From assembly GCA_900316305.1 (NCBI GenBank), contig ONCM01000001.1, positions 3,380 to 67,379 of the forward strand: a stretch of 64,000 nucleotides of DNA. Direction: 5' to 3'. The DNA comes from an uncultured Bacteroidales bacterium. GTDB taxonomy: Bacteria > Bacteroidota > Bacteroidia > Bacteroidales > WCHB1-69. Below are positions 26,096 through 35,015 of this stretch, piece by piece (position 1 is the stretch's first letter; the number at the start of each line of letters is the position of its first letter). The position numbers and the translations under genes were made by a program. The notes under the pieces are model-generated. The model made no database searches. It was not told the origin of the DNA and worked only from the letters and a program-made list of their open reading frames with translations.

Positions 26096-26260
26096 GAAAA
26101 ATATCTGCGAAGAATAATTGTCTGAAACAGAAAAGATATTTTTACAACATATAGAACAATGAGCTTAACGCTCTTATTCTCTGTAAGATAAAATCTGGAA
26201 AATTTTTGGCGGGAGAATAAGCGAGCGAAAGGTTCACGCTTCAGGCGTGAACTGTTTTTT
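26096..26260 (+). ncRNA. candidate small RNA (~165 nt)
   Basis: A canonical promoter (26057-26089) and a strong terminator (GTTCACGC-ttcag-GCGTGAAC-tg-T6, 26232-26260) bracket it. There is an internal 9-bp stem CTTATTCTC/GAGAATAAG. No credible ORF and no downstream + strand gene. Confidence 0.35.
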
Positions 26261-26361
26261 CTGCTTATTATCGCCAAAGGTTATTCCAGTTACCTATCTT
26301 ACATGATAAGCGCTCGAAAAACGGTTTCACGCCTTTTTTCGTGCACTGTTCTCACCGCTAA

Positions 26362-28986
26362 CTACTTCACGATTTCCAACATCCGGTCCCCCACTCCGAT
26401 GTTATAGCCTTCGGAGAAATAGATGATGTTGCCTTTCTTGTCTATAACAAAGCACATCGGGCTCCTTTTTCCCAGTTCTCTACCCAAGGCTTTCGAGAAG
26501 ATTTCAACGAGTTCCGCATAGCCTTCCTCAATTACGGTCAGATTCTTAGGTTGCCCAGTTTCACTCTTCCAGGTTCCCTCTTTCTTGACGAAAAACATCG
26601 GTCCGTTCCAAGATTCGTATCCCTCCTGCTTAGCGGCCACCTCCTTCATCAGGTGATTGACGGGTTCGGTGCCGGGCGTGCCCAGACAGAGGATAATGTG
26701 CTGTTTCTTACTGGATTTTAAGATAGAAGAAAGCGTGCGACCACCCACTTCGATTTTCTTCAAATTGATGATTCCATAGACACCGAGTGGTAGAGATGAA
26801 TCTTGGATTTTGCGGAAGAAATCAATATAACGTTCAGTTGTGTCTTTTGTCACGTTGAAAAACTGCATTTGCGAAAAGACGCTGCCGTCGTCGAAACGTT
26901 TCCCGAGGGAAAGACAATAATATCCCGCAGGAACGGAAAGCACGATGGGATTGGTCTCCACACGCGGGTCGTTCTCAAAGTCGAAACTCACAAACTCCCC
27001 GTTCTCAAAGCGTTGCAGCGTGTATTGTGTGTAATAGCCCATCTTGTTGGGATTGTGCAGGATAAGCGTTTTATACTCCTCAATGGGCTTTTCCTCGAAA
27101 GTCACCAAGTTCCATTTGCCGTTCTCCCACGCATATATTTCGTTAGAGGCATTGTCCAAATAACAGGGTTTGTTCAACGCACGGCAAAGCGCTACGAAGA
27201 AAATATCGCGGGAGTGGGCGTCTGCCCGATTGAAACGTATAACGCCTACTGGACTGATCGGACAGTTATAATAGTTGCACTCATTGTCCACCACAATGGC
27301 CCTCTTGACGAAATCATAAATTGCTTTTAAGGAACGGTCCTCATCAAACAAATGAAAGCCGCGACTCATTACACCCCGCCAACCACGAATCAGTTCATTG
27401 GAAATTCGTGCCGGCAAAATGCCTTTGAAATAGACATCTAACGGATAGTCACCCTCGTGGTAGTAAGTGAGCTGTCTTTCCAAGGTCTGCCACTTCGTAT
27501 CGCGCAAATCCTTATCCGACAATGCGTTGACAAATTCTTTCAAATAAAGTCCGTCCTCCTTCTTGTCATATTTTTGCAGAAATTGGATGATTTCAAGGTA
27601 GTTACCCTCGCTCCGGCGCACGATGTCGTACAGTTCCTCGTCGGTGAAGTACTCGTTTTTCAGGTGCGCTTTCACCCACGCTTCCGTGGGGAACGTGGCA
27701 CGGTAGGCCTCGCGCAAAGAGTCCTCATACTGCTTGCGCTGGTCGCAACGCGCCTGACGGGCGGCATCCGGCGCGGGAATGTCAGGATTGCCCACGGGCG
27801 GCACAATGGTGAAATCCACATAATCATCCAGCAATTCCATCTTTTCCCAAGGTTCTTCTTTCAACGTTTTTTCTTTCGGTATAAACACAATGGTTGGATC
27901 ATTTTCAACACGACAATCCACCTTGTAGAAAGTGTACTTGTCGTCTTTGCTGACCCACACCAGCAGGTCGCCCTTGCCTGTGACGAGCGAGGCCTGACCA
28001 TTCTCGTCGGTCAACTTGGCGGCCAACGTGTAGTATTCGGCGTAGTTGTAGAGTTTGAAACGCACCAAGGCATCCTTGACGGGCTTTTGCTGCTCATCGA
28101 CCACCGTAATGGTAAGATGCACCGTATCAGCGTAATTGGACAATACATTGATGCAGGAATAGTACCGCGTCTTCTTGTTGACCTCTTCGGGACCGTCATA
28201 GCGACCGAAGACGTTGGTGTGTACCATCATGGTGCGCGTGGAGGGATAGGCGAACCAGCCCATGTTGAGGTCGGGGTCGGGCTCGCAGGCACCGAGAAAC
28301 CACCACTTGCCATCGACCCAGACCTCAACCCAAGCATGGTTGTCGTCGCAGTGCGCCCAACGCGGGGTGTAACACTGGCGGGCGGGAATGCCCACGGCAC
28401 GGAGAGCCGTCACCGTGAGGGTACTCTCCTCACCGCAACGTCCGTGCGAAGTCTTCAACGTGGCCAACGGTGCAGAAGTCCGCACGTCAGCTGGCTGATA
28501 ATCAACGTATTCGTGACACCAGTGATTCACCTCCAACGCAGCGTCGTACATGCTCATGTCCTTAATGCGGTCCTTCAGCTGGTGGAAGATATACGACCGC
28601 GCGGTGTCTAAGTTCTCGTTGTTCACGCGATAAACCACCACGAAATGGCGGAAGATGTCGTCGGGAATGGTCTTCCCCCACGAGAAGGTATTCCGCGCCT
28701 CCAACGCCACCTTCACCTGATCCTCGAAAAACTCGAAATCATAGTCAGCGAGGTCGCTCTGCGGCATATAAGCATACAAAAACGTAAGATACTGCGCCAT
28801 ATCGCGACTCTGGATATCGGACATGATGCGATAATTAGAAATCTTCTCATATATATTTTGCGACACCCCGGGACGGTTTTGACAATCCAGGTACACCGAA
28901 CTCCAGTAGTCGTCCTGAGCCACAGCCGATGAGGACAACAAGCAGAACAACAGACAATTAACAATGACAAACAATTTTTTATTCAT
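26362..28986 (-). CDS. transglutaminase-like domain protein, secreted, 874 aa
   Basis: Signal peptide and a Cys-His-Asp core (HGRCGEES..., DNHAWVEVWVDGKWWFLGACEPD). Confidence 0.75.
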   Translation of the reverse strand: MNKKLFVIVNCLLFCLLSSSAVAQDDYWSSVYLDCQNRPGVSQNIYEKISNYRIMSDIQSRDMAQYLTFLYAYMPQSDLADYDFEFFEDQVKVALEARNTFSWGKTIPDDIFRHFVVVYRVNNENLDTARSYIFHQLKDRIKDMSMYDAALEVNHWCHEYVDYQPADVRTSAPLATLKTSHGRCGEESTLTVTALRAVGIPARQCYTPRWAHCDDNHAWVEVWVDGKWWFLGACEPDPDLNMGWFAYPSTRTMMVHTNVFGRYDGPEEVNKKTRYYSCINVLSNYADTVHLTITVVDEQQKPVKDALVRFKLYNYAEYYTLAAKLTDENGQASLVTGKGDLLVWVSKDDKYTFYKVDCRVENDPTIVFIPKEKTLKEEPWEKMELLDDYVDFTIVPPVGNPDIPAPDAARQARCDQRKQYEDSLREAYRATFPTEAWVKAHLKNEYFTDEELYDIVRRSEGNYLEIIQFLQKYDKKEDGLYLKEFVNALSDKDLRDTKWQTLERQLTYYHEGDYPLDVYFKGILPARISNELIRGWRGVMSRGFHLFDEDRSLKAIYDFVKRAIVVDNECNYYNCPISPVGVIRFNRADAHSRDIFFVALCRALNKPCYLDNASNEIYAWENGKWNLVTFEEKPIEEYKTLILHNPNKMGYYTQYTLQRFENGEFVSFDFENDPRVETNPIVLSVPAGYYCLSLGKRFDDGSVFSQMQFFNVTKDTTERYIDFFRKIQDSSLPLGVYGIINLKKIEVGGRTLSSILKSSKKQHIILCLGTPGTEPVNHLMKEVAAKQEGYESWNGPMFFVKKEGTWKSETGQPKNLTVIEEGYAELVEIFSKALGRELGKRSPMCFVIDKKGNIIYFSEGYNIGVGDRMLEIVK

Positions 28987-29015
28987 AATTCATTATTCAT
29001 AATTCATAATTATAA
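28981..29015. repeat. heptamer array ATTCATA x5
   Basis: attcata attcatt attcata attcata attataa. It contains the start codon of 26362..28986. Confidence 0.9.
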
Positions 29016-29699
29016 TTACGACAGCCGTTGCAATAGCGATTTCACCGCCTCTTCATCCGTCTCCCACGCGCCATCGGGACGGGTCATCTTGCAAGAACCG
29101 TGGATTTCCGGAGCTCCGGTTTTCTGTTTCAAGGAAACCGCATTCTCGGGAGTGACACCGCTACCGGCGAGGATGGAAATCCGTCCATTCGCCTGTTTCA
29201 CCAACTGTTGCAGCATATCCGTGCCTTCTATGGCGGTGGGCTGGCATCCGGAGGTGAGGATGCGTTTGCACCCGCAGTCGATGATCTGCTCCAGAGCCTT
29301 CAGCGGCTCCTTACACTCGTCGAAAGCGCGGTGGAAGGTAACGGGCAGCGGGGCGGAGAGCTCCACAAAACGGCGAGTCAACTCCGTGTCGATAGTGCCG
29401 TCTGGGTGCAGAAAACCGACCACGATGCCGGTAGCACCCGCTTTCTTGCAGAAGGCCACATCCTCTTCCATCGTTTTGATCTCCAGTTCGTTGTAGCAGA
29501 AATCGCCACCACGGGGACGTATAAGTACGAAGACTTTCAATCCCAGTTCCTTCACCGCAAAGTCGATAGTAGCGGGCGACGGCGTAGTGCCGCCTTCCAC
29601 CAGCCCTTGACAAAGCTCGACGCGCACTGCGCCACCGGCTTTCGCGTTCGCCGCCGATTGTATCGAGCCGCAACAGATTTCGATTTGGTCTTTGTTCAT
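29016..29699 (-). CDS. cutC: copper homeostasis protein CutC
   Basis: IEICCGSIQSAANAKAGGAVRVELC...VLIRPRGGDFCY...HRAFD. The start is set at MNKDQ (ATG 29699). Confidence 0.85.
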   Translation of the reverse strand: MNKDQIEICCGSIQSAANAKAGGAVRVELCQGLVEGGTTPSPATIDFAVKELGLKVFVLIRPRGGDFCYNELEIKTMEEDVAFCKKAGATGIVVGFLHPDGTIDTELTRRFVELSAPLPVTFHRAFDECKEPLKALEQIIDCGCKRILTSGCQPTAIEGTDMLQQLVKQANGRISILAGSGVTPENAVSLKQKTGAPEIHGSCKMTRPDGAWETDEEAVKSLLQRLS

Positions 29700-29721
29700 A
29701 TTGGGTTCTTGTTTGTTATAG

Positions 29722-29790
29722 CCCCACACTGCGGCTTACGCCTTGTGTGGGGTTAATTGCACTCCGTGCGTTTTATCTCTTCGTGCTTCC
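29722..29790. repeat. CCCCACAC REP-like element, copy 2 (3' part truncated)
   Basis: CCCCACACtgcggcttacgccttGTGTGGGGTTAATTGCACtccGTGCGTTTTatctcttcg... Confidence 0.85.
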
Positions 29791-29792
29791 CA

Positions 29793-29870
29793 CCCCACAC
29801 TGCGCTCCTTCGTCGCTTGTATGGGGTTAATTGCACTCCGTGCGTTTTGCCTCTTCGAGGCTGCTTAAGG
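29793..29870. repeat. CCCCACAC REP-like element, copy 3 (tandem with copy 2)
   Basis: CCCCACACtgcgctccttcgtcgcttGTATGGGGTTAATTGCACtccGTGCGTTTTGCCTCttcGAGGCTGCTTAAGG. Confidence 0.85.
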
Positions 29871-29884
29871 AAGATGTTTTAATA

Positions 29885-30931
29885 TTATTCTTCGAAAACA
29901 TCGTCCTCCAAGGTTAACTCCCCTCTCAACGGCACTTCCATCGCCTGCTTGATTTTCTTCACGTCGTCGAAACAGCCGAGGAGGTACATCAGCTTGGTGA
30001 TGGCGGCCTCGGTGGTCATGTCGTGACCGCTGATAACGCCGATGTCGGAGAGGTTCTTGCCCGTGTAGTAACGACCCATCAGCACCCCGCCGCCGCCTTT
30101 GCATTGGGTGACGTTCACGATCACAATGCCCCGATTTACAGCCTCTTGCAGGATGCGGGAGAAGTTGGGGTTCGTGGGAGCATTACCCACCCCGAAGGTC
30201 TCCATAATTACCGCCCGCAAGCCCTTAGTCTGGAATACGTTCTCCAAAAAGACATCGCCGATGCCCGGGAAAATCTTCAACACCGCCACGTTGGTGTCCA
30301 TCTTGTCGTGCACGATGAGCGGATTTTTGCTGTTGGGGATGAAGAAATAGCGTTTGTGGTAATCGATGAAGGTGTTCACATCGGCCAACTTGGGGTAGTT
30401 GGGCGAATAGAAGGCGTTGAAGCGCGCCGCATCGTCCTTGTAGATGCGGTTACCGCGATAGAGCGCATTCTGGAAATAGACGCACACCTCGCGAATCATC
30501 GGGTGCCCGTCTTGCTCGGCCGATGCAAACTCGATGGCGTTCAGAATGTTGCGTCTTCCGTCGGTGCGAATCACGCCCAACGGCAGCTGCGAACCGGTGA
30601 GGATGACGGGCTTGGCGAGGTTCTCCAACAGGAAACTCAACGCCGATGCCGTGTAGGCCATCGTGTCGGTGCCGTGCAGCACCACGAAGCCGTCGAAATG
30701 GTCGTAGTTCTCCCCTATCACCTTCGCCAACCGGATCCAGAATTCCGGATTGGTGTCGGAGGAGTCGATCAACGGCAACAAAGACTCAAATGTCAGCTCC
30801 GTGTCCAACAGCGACAACATGGGCAACTGTTGATTGACGTCCTTGAATTCGAACGGTTTCAGTGATTTCGTTTCCGGGTCCATCATCATGCCGATGGTCC
30901 CGCCGGTATAAATAACTAATACTTTGCGCAT
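29885..30931 (-). CDS. ansA: L-asparaginase, type I
   Basis: VIYTGGTIGM (active-site Thr) and VVLHGTDTMAYTAS, in a 348-aa protein. Confidence 0.88.
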   Translation of the reverse strand: MRKVLVIYTGGTIGMMMDPETKSLKPFEFKDVNQQLPMLSLLDTELTFESLLPLIDSSDTNPEFWIRLAKVIGENYDHFDGFVVLHGTDTMAYTASALSFLLENLAKPVILTGSQLPLGVIRTDGRRNILNAIEFASAEQDGHPMIREVCVYFQNALYRGNRIYKDDAARFNAFYSPNYPKLADVNTFIDYHKRYFFIPNSKNPLIVHDKMDTNVAVLKIFPGIGDVFLENVFQTKGLRAVIMETFGVGNAPTNPNFSRILQEAVNRGIVIVNVTQCKGGGGVLMGRYYTGKNLSDIGVISGHDMTTEAAITKLMYLLGCFDDVKKIKQAMEVPLRGELTLEDDVFEE

Positions 30932-30952
30932 ATTTTGAAATAGCTATGTTGA

Positions 30953-30987
30953 GTTAGCAGTTAGCAGTTAGTAGTTAGTAGTTATTC
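30953..30987. repeat. heptamer array GTTAGYA x5 (left arm)
   Basis: gttagca gttagca gttagta gttagta gttattc. Confidence 0.9.
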
Positions 30988-30998
30988 GGCATCGGAGC

Positions 30999-31033
30999 TT
31001 AACTGCTAACTTCTAACTGCTAACTACTAACTA
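30999..31033. repeat. heptamer array CTAACTR x5 (right arm, inverted relative to 30953-30987)
   Basis: ttaactg ctaactt ctaactg ctaacta ctaacta. It contains the stop of 31031..32620. Confidence 0.9.
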
Positions 31034-32620
31034 TTTTAATATGTTTCCAAGTATGTCCCTCGAAATCTCCCTCGTGATTGTTCTCGTTGCCGCAGAGGTG
31101 GTATTTTTGATGACCTTCTCCTTGGTGGACGTTTTGGACTTGGTCTTCTTGCCGGTCACCTTGTCGCTGACGGCGGTGCCCAAAGCGGAGGCGATGGTGG
31201 CGGTTATGGCCGTGATGACGGCCTTGATCACCTTGCCGAGGACGCCCTGCTTCTTGGAGGATTTCTTTTCGGAAGCCTTTTCCTCTTTGGCGGCTTCGAT
31301 TTCCGTTTTCTCTTGCTCTTCAATAGCCAATGCTTCTTCGGTTTCCTTGAGTAGGATTTCAAAGGCGCTCTCGTTATCTACGGGAGTGTCGTATTTGCCA
31401 TAAACACGGCTCTGTTTGATGATATCGAGACGCTGACCTTCGGTGATGGCACCGATCTGTGACAGCGGGAAGAGTACCTTTGCACGTTGCACAATGCCGG
31501 GAGCACCCTTCTCGTCGAGGAAACTGACGAGCGCCTCGCCGGTCTCCAAATTCATGATGGCCTCGTCGGTCTTAAACGCCGGATTGGCACGGAAAGTGTC
31601 GGCGGCGGCACGCACGGCCTTCTGATCCTTGGGCGTGTAGGCGCGCAAGGCGTGTTGGATGCGATTGCCCAACTGTCCGAGGATGTTGTCGGGAATGTCG
31701 GTCGGATATTGGGTGATGAAGTAGATACCCACACCCTTGCTTCGGATCAGGCGGATGACCTGTTCAATCTTGTCAACCAACGCTTTGGAGGTATCCTCGA
31801 ACAACGTGTGCGCCTCGTCAAAGAAGAAGACGAGCTTCGGTTTGTCGAGGTCGCCGACTTCGGGCAGCGTGGAGTAGAGTTCGGAGAGCATCCACAACAG
31901 GAACGTACTGTAAAGCTTGGGCTGCATCATCAGCTTGTCGGCGGCGAGCACGCTCATCACGCCCTTGCCGTTCTCGGTCTGAATGAGATCGTAGATATCG
32001 AAACTCGGTTCCCCGAGGAACTTGTCCGCACCTTGCGCCTCCAACTGCAGCAACGCACGTTGGATGGCACCGATGGAGGCGGTGGAGACGTTTCCGTACT
32101 TCATCGTATATTCTTTGGCATGTTTGGAGACATACTCCAACATCGCGCGCAGGTCTTTGAGGTCGATGATCATCAGTCCGCGCTCGTCAGCGATGCGGAA
32201 GACGATGTTGAGGACACCGTCCTGCGTCTCGTTGAGACCGAGCAGACGGGAGAGCAGCTGCGGTCCCATCTGGCTCACCGTGGCTCGGATCGGATGGCCT
32301 TCCTCACCGAAAACGTCGTAGAAGCGCACCGGACAAGCCTGGAACTCAGGGTTCTCGATGCCGAATTCGGGCAGGCGTTTCTCTATAAAGCCGCTCATCG
32401 CGCCCGTCTGGCTGATGCCGGAGAGGTCGCCCTTCATGTCGGCCATGAAACAAGGGACACCAATTTGAGAGAATGTTTCGGCCAGCACCTGCAGACTGAC
32501 GGTCTTGCCCGTGCCCGTAGCACCGGCAATCAAACCGTGACGGTTGGCCATTTTAGATTGAATACTGAGCGCACCCTCATCGCAGTGCGCCACATAAAGT
32601 CCGTGATCGTTTGTGTACAT
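31031..32620 (-). CDS. HerA-like ATPase (DUF853/YjgR family)
   Basis: [40 protein letters not shown] closely mirrors the E. coli YjgR N-terminus. The C-terminal tail is Lys/Thr-rich. Confidence 0.8.
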   Translation of the reverse strand: MYTNDHGLYVAHCDEGALSIQSKMANRHGLIAGATGTGKTVSLQVLAETFSQIGVPCFMADMKGDLSGISQTGAMSGFIEKRLPEFGIENPEFQACPVRFYDVFGEEGHPIRATVSQMGPQLLSRLLGLNETQDGVLNIVFRIADERGLMIIDLKDLRAMLEYVSKHAKEYTMKYGNVSTASIGAIQRALLQLEAQGADKFLGEPSFDIYDLIQTENGKGVMSVLAADKLMMQPKLYSTFLLWMLSELYSTLPEVGDLDKPKLVFFFDEAHTLFEDTSKALVDKIEQVIRLIRSKGVGIYFITQYPTDIPDNILGQLGNRIQHALRAYTPKDQKAVRAAADTFRANPAFKTDEAIMNLETGEALVSFLDEKGAPGIVQRAKVLFPLSQIGAITEGQRLDIIKQSRVYGKYDTPVDNESAFEILLKETEEALAIEEQEKTEIEAAKEEKASEKKSSKKQGVLGKVIKAVITAITATIASALGTAVSDKVTGKKTKSKTSTKEKVIKNTTSAATRTITREISRDILGNILK

Positions 32621-32626
32621 ATTTTT

Positions 32627-32787
32627 AATGGTTATTGGTTATTGGTTATTGATAGTTTATAGTTTATGGTTTATAGTTTATAGTTAGTAGTTCGTAGTTA
32701 GCCGTTGCCATTCATAATTCATAATTCATAATTCATAATTATTCTACATTCTTCATTCTACATTCTTCATTCTACATTCTTCATTTC
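32627..32787. repeat. 23 consecutive heptamers in one register, morphing through five motif families
   Basis: The sequence of families is attggtt -> gtttata -> gttagta -> ttcataa -> acattct/tcattct, spanning 161 bp = 23 x 7. It contains the stop of 32753..33373. Confidence 0.95.
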
Positions 32788-33373
32788 TCACAACTATCGC
32801 CTTCAGCGTCATAAACATAATCTTAACGTCCACCCAGATCGACTGTTCCTCAATGTATTGCAGGTTGAGGGCGAGTTTGTCGGGCATGATTTCGTGGATG
32901 TAGGTTTCTTCGGGGTTATCGGAGGCGGCGAGGATCTCGTTCTCGTTGACGTAGCGGATGGAGGCGTAGTCGGTGAGGCCGGGGCGCACCGTAAGCACCC
33001 GCATCTGCTCGGGCGTGTAAAGGTCCACGTACTTGCGCACCTCAGGACGCGGTCCCACAATGCTCATCTCTCCTTTCAGGATGTTGAGGAACTGCGGGAA
33101 CTCATCGATCTTGTACTTCCGGAGGAACGTGCCCGTCTTGGTGATGCGCGAATCGTGGTCGCTCACCGTAATCTGGCTCCCTTTGTCGGCATCCGTACAC
33201 ATCGTACGGAACTTATAGAGCTGGAAATCAACATTATCGCGCCCTACCCTTTTCTGCTTGTATATCACATGTCCCCGTGAATCTATCACGATGGCCAAGG
33301 CGATCAGCAGTCCGAACGGAATGCCGATGACCAGGACAACCAGCGAGAAGAGTATGTCAAAAATACGTTTCAT
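32753..33373 (-). CDS. undecaprenyl-phosphate sugar phosphotransferase (Bac_transf family)
   Basis: N-terminal TM segment, then KFRTM, DEFPQFLNILKGEMSIVGPRPE and RPGLTDYASI. The last ~9 codons and the stop are encoded by the heptamer array. Confidence 0.85.
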   Translation of the reverse strand: MKRIFDILFSLVVLVIGIPFGLLIALAIVIDSRGHVIYKQKRVGRDNVDFQLYKFRTMCTDADKGSQITVSDHDSRITKTGTFLRKYKIDEFPQFLNILKGEMSIVGPRPEVRKYVDLYTPEQMRVLTVRPGLTDYASIRYVNENEILAASDNPEETYIHEIMPDKLALNLQYIEEQSIWVDVKIMFMTLKAIVVRNEECRMKNVE

Positions 33374-33385
33374 CGTCAGACAGGA

Positions 33386-34846
33386 TCAGTGATATTTCCA
33401 ATATTCGTCCATATCGTTGCCCCAGTAATCGACCGGATTCGGGTCATACAAATCCTGTTGTGTCTGGATCTTGCGTACCAAACGCATCTTCCAGTTGGGA
33501 TCGGAAACCTCACCGGGCATATTGGAGTGGAGCAGTTCGTAGTCGTTGCCGGTCAGCACCGGATCATAGAAGACGAATTTGACGTTGTTTTGGTTTTTCA
33601 CATAGTAGTAGTGCCAGATCTCGTACGGCAAGGTCACAGGATCGGACGGCACCTCCTTGATATCATTCGGCGGACCATACTGGAGATAGACGCGACCGCG
33701 GTCGGTGAGGTATCCGCGCACCTGCTTGCTGCCGTAGTTCGCCTCCACGAATTTCAGACGTTGCTCATACTGTCTCCATGCAGCTTCGGGGTTCGAAGGA
33801 CTGCGACGAAGCCAGAAACTGTAGAAGAACTGCTGCAACTCTTCCGTAGAGAGGGTTTTAAGGCGGTTCTGGTAGAATTCCTGTTCCGCATAACTGCTGA
33901 TCGGATACAAACTCTTCACCTGGTCAATCAGCAGCTTGCGGTTGGTGTCGGACTCCACAAACGTCCCTTTCGTGGTCACGTGCGTATAGTCGTCCAGACT
34001 CAGCTTCACCGACGGATTGCTCTTTTGGAAGAACACCTTATCAAGATGCAGGAGGCTGTCCTTATCGTCAAAGAGTTCCACTACTGCGAAATAATTGCCC
34101 GACGGAAGGTTGAAGACGTTGAACTCGTTGCATATCAGCACCACATCCTTGACCGGCATTTCCATCGTGATGATATTGTCGGTGTTGGCCGCGACAGGCG
34201 ATTCAGCGTACTCGACGTAGCATTTGGCCTTTAACTTGCTGTTACCCAATATGCGCGGAGTATTATAGACCTCCAAAGAGAAAGGCAACGTGTATTGCGA
34301 TTCAGGCACGAAATTGGAATAGAGCGGTGGAAGCTCGTAGCCATATTTGACGAAAAGACCGGGCGTGGTAGCCTTAGACAAGGATTTGTACAATGAAATC
34401 TTGGACGTGGTGACACGGTCTTCCGGAAAATCCACCAAAATGCGGTCTATATAGCGCAAAGCCGCCGTGTCGCCATTCACATCGCGAACATAGAAATAGA
34501 GGAAATAGTCGCCCTGCGGAACACGCACATTCTGGATGTCCGCAAAATCCGGCTTGGTAGCACGTACGGTGTCGGCAAACTGGTCGCTGTTCAGGATATA
34601 GTGCAACTGTTCCACCAGCGAATCCCCCTTCATCATATCGACGCGGATTTCCACGGCCGCCTCGTATTTGTGGTGCTTATTCGGCACATAGTTCACCGTA
34701 TTGCCGCCCACAATAAACGTATATTCGATGTAAGGCTGCAGGTTGTTCGTGCAAAAAGCCTTGTGACTGATAAAGATCTTCAGGCCTTGCGCAAAGGGGC
34801 TCAAGACGGCCAGAAGAAACAGAGCCAGGAGTGTATATTTTCTCAT
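33386..34846 (-). CDS. GWxTD domain-containing protein
   Basis: Signal peptide, with a C-terminal region YGPPNDI...PYEIWHYYY...FVFYD that matches the GWxTD family pattern. Confidence 0.7.
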   Translation of the reverse strand: MRKYTLLALFLLAVLSPFAQGLKIFISHKAFCTNNLQPYIEYTFIVGGNTVNYVPNKHHKYEAAVEIRVDMMKGDSLVEQLHYILNSDQFADTVRATKPDFADIQNVRVPQGDYFLYFYVRDVNGDTAALRYIDRILVDFPEDRVTTSKISLYKSLSKATTPGLFVKYGYELPPLYSNFVPESQYTLPFSLEVYNTPRILGNSKLKAKCYVEYAESPVAANTDNIITMEMPVKDVVLICNEFNVFNLPSGNYFAVVELFDDKDSLLHLDKVFFQKSNPSVKLSLDDYTHVTTKGTFVESDTNRKLLIDQVKSLYPISSYAEQEFYQNRLKTLSTEELQQFFYSFWLRRSPSNPEAAWRQYEQRLKFVEANYGSKQVRGYLTDRGRVYLQYGPPNDIKEVPSDPVTLPYEIWHYYYVKNQNNVKFVFYDPVLTGNDYELLHSNMPGEVSDPNWKMRLVRKIQTQQDLYDPNPVDYWGNDMDEYWKYH

Positions 34847-34880
34847 TTTATACTATTTTTCCATTTTAATTTTGAACCTG

Positions 34881-34888
34881 CAAAGATA
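34881..34888 (-). promoter_or_regulatory. -7 box TATCTTTG for the GWxTD gene
   Basis: The plus strand reads caaagata, 35 nt upstream of ATG 34846. Confidence 0.45.
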
Positions 34889-34937
34889 CAATTTTTGCAT
34901 TATATATTTCCTGCAAATTTGCCCTGTTTAAAATAAA

Positions 34938-34966
34938 TGTAGAGACGTGCCATGGCGCGTCTCTAC
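34938..34966. terminator. GTAGAGACG-family hairpin, copy 3
   Basis: tGTAGAGACGTGCCATGGCGCGTCTCTAC, downstream of the glyQS stop (35016, minus strand). Confidence 0.6.
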
Positions 34967-34980
34967 GATGGGGTATCGGT

Positions 34981-35010
34981 TGTAGAGACGTTTCATGAAA
35001 CGTCTCTACA
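34981..35010. terminator. GTAGAGACG-family hairpin, copy 4
   Basis: tGTAGAGACGTTTCATGAAACGTCTCTACa, a perfect palindrome 6 nt from the glyQS stop. Confidence 0.65.
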
Positions 35011-35015
35011 GGGGG

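Noticed and set aside
26017-26277. An 86-aa minus-strand ORF in the gap between the ligase and transglutaminase-like genes.
   Set aside because: It has AT-rich low-complexity composition and overlaps two divergent promoters and a terminator hairpin. The sRNA interpretation fits better.
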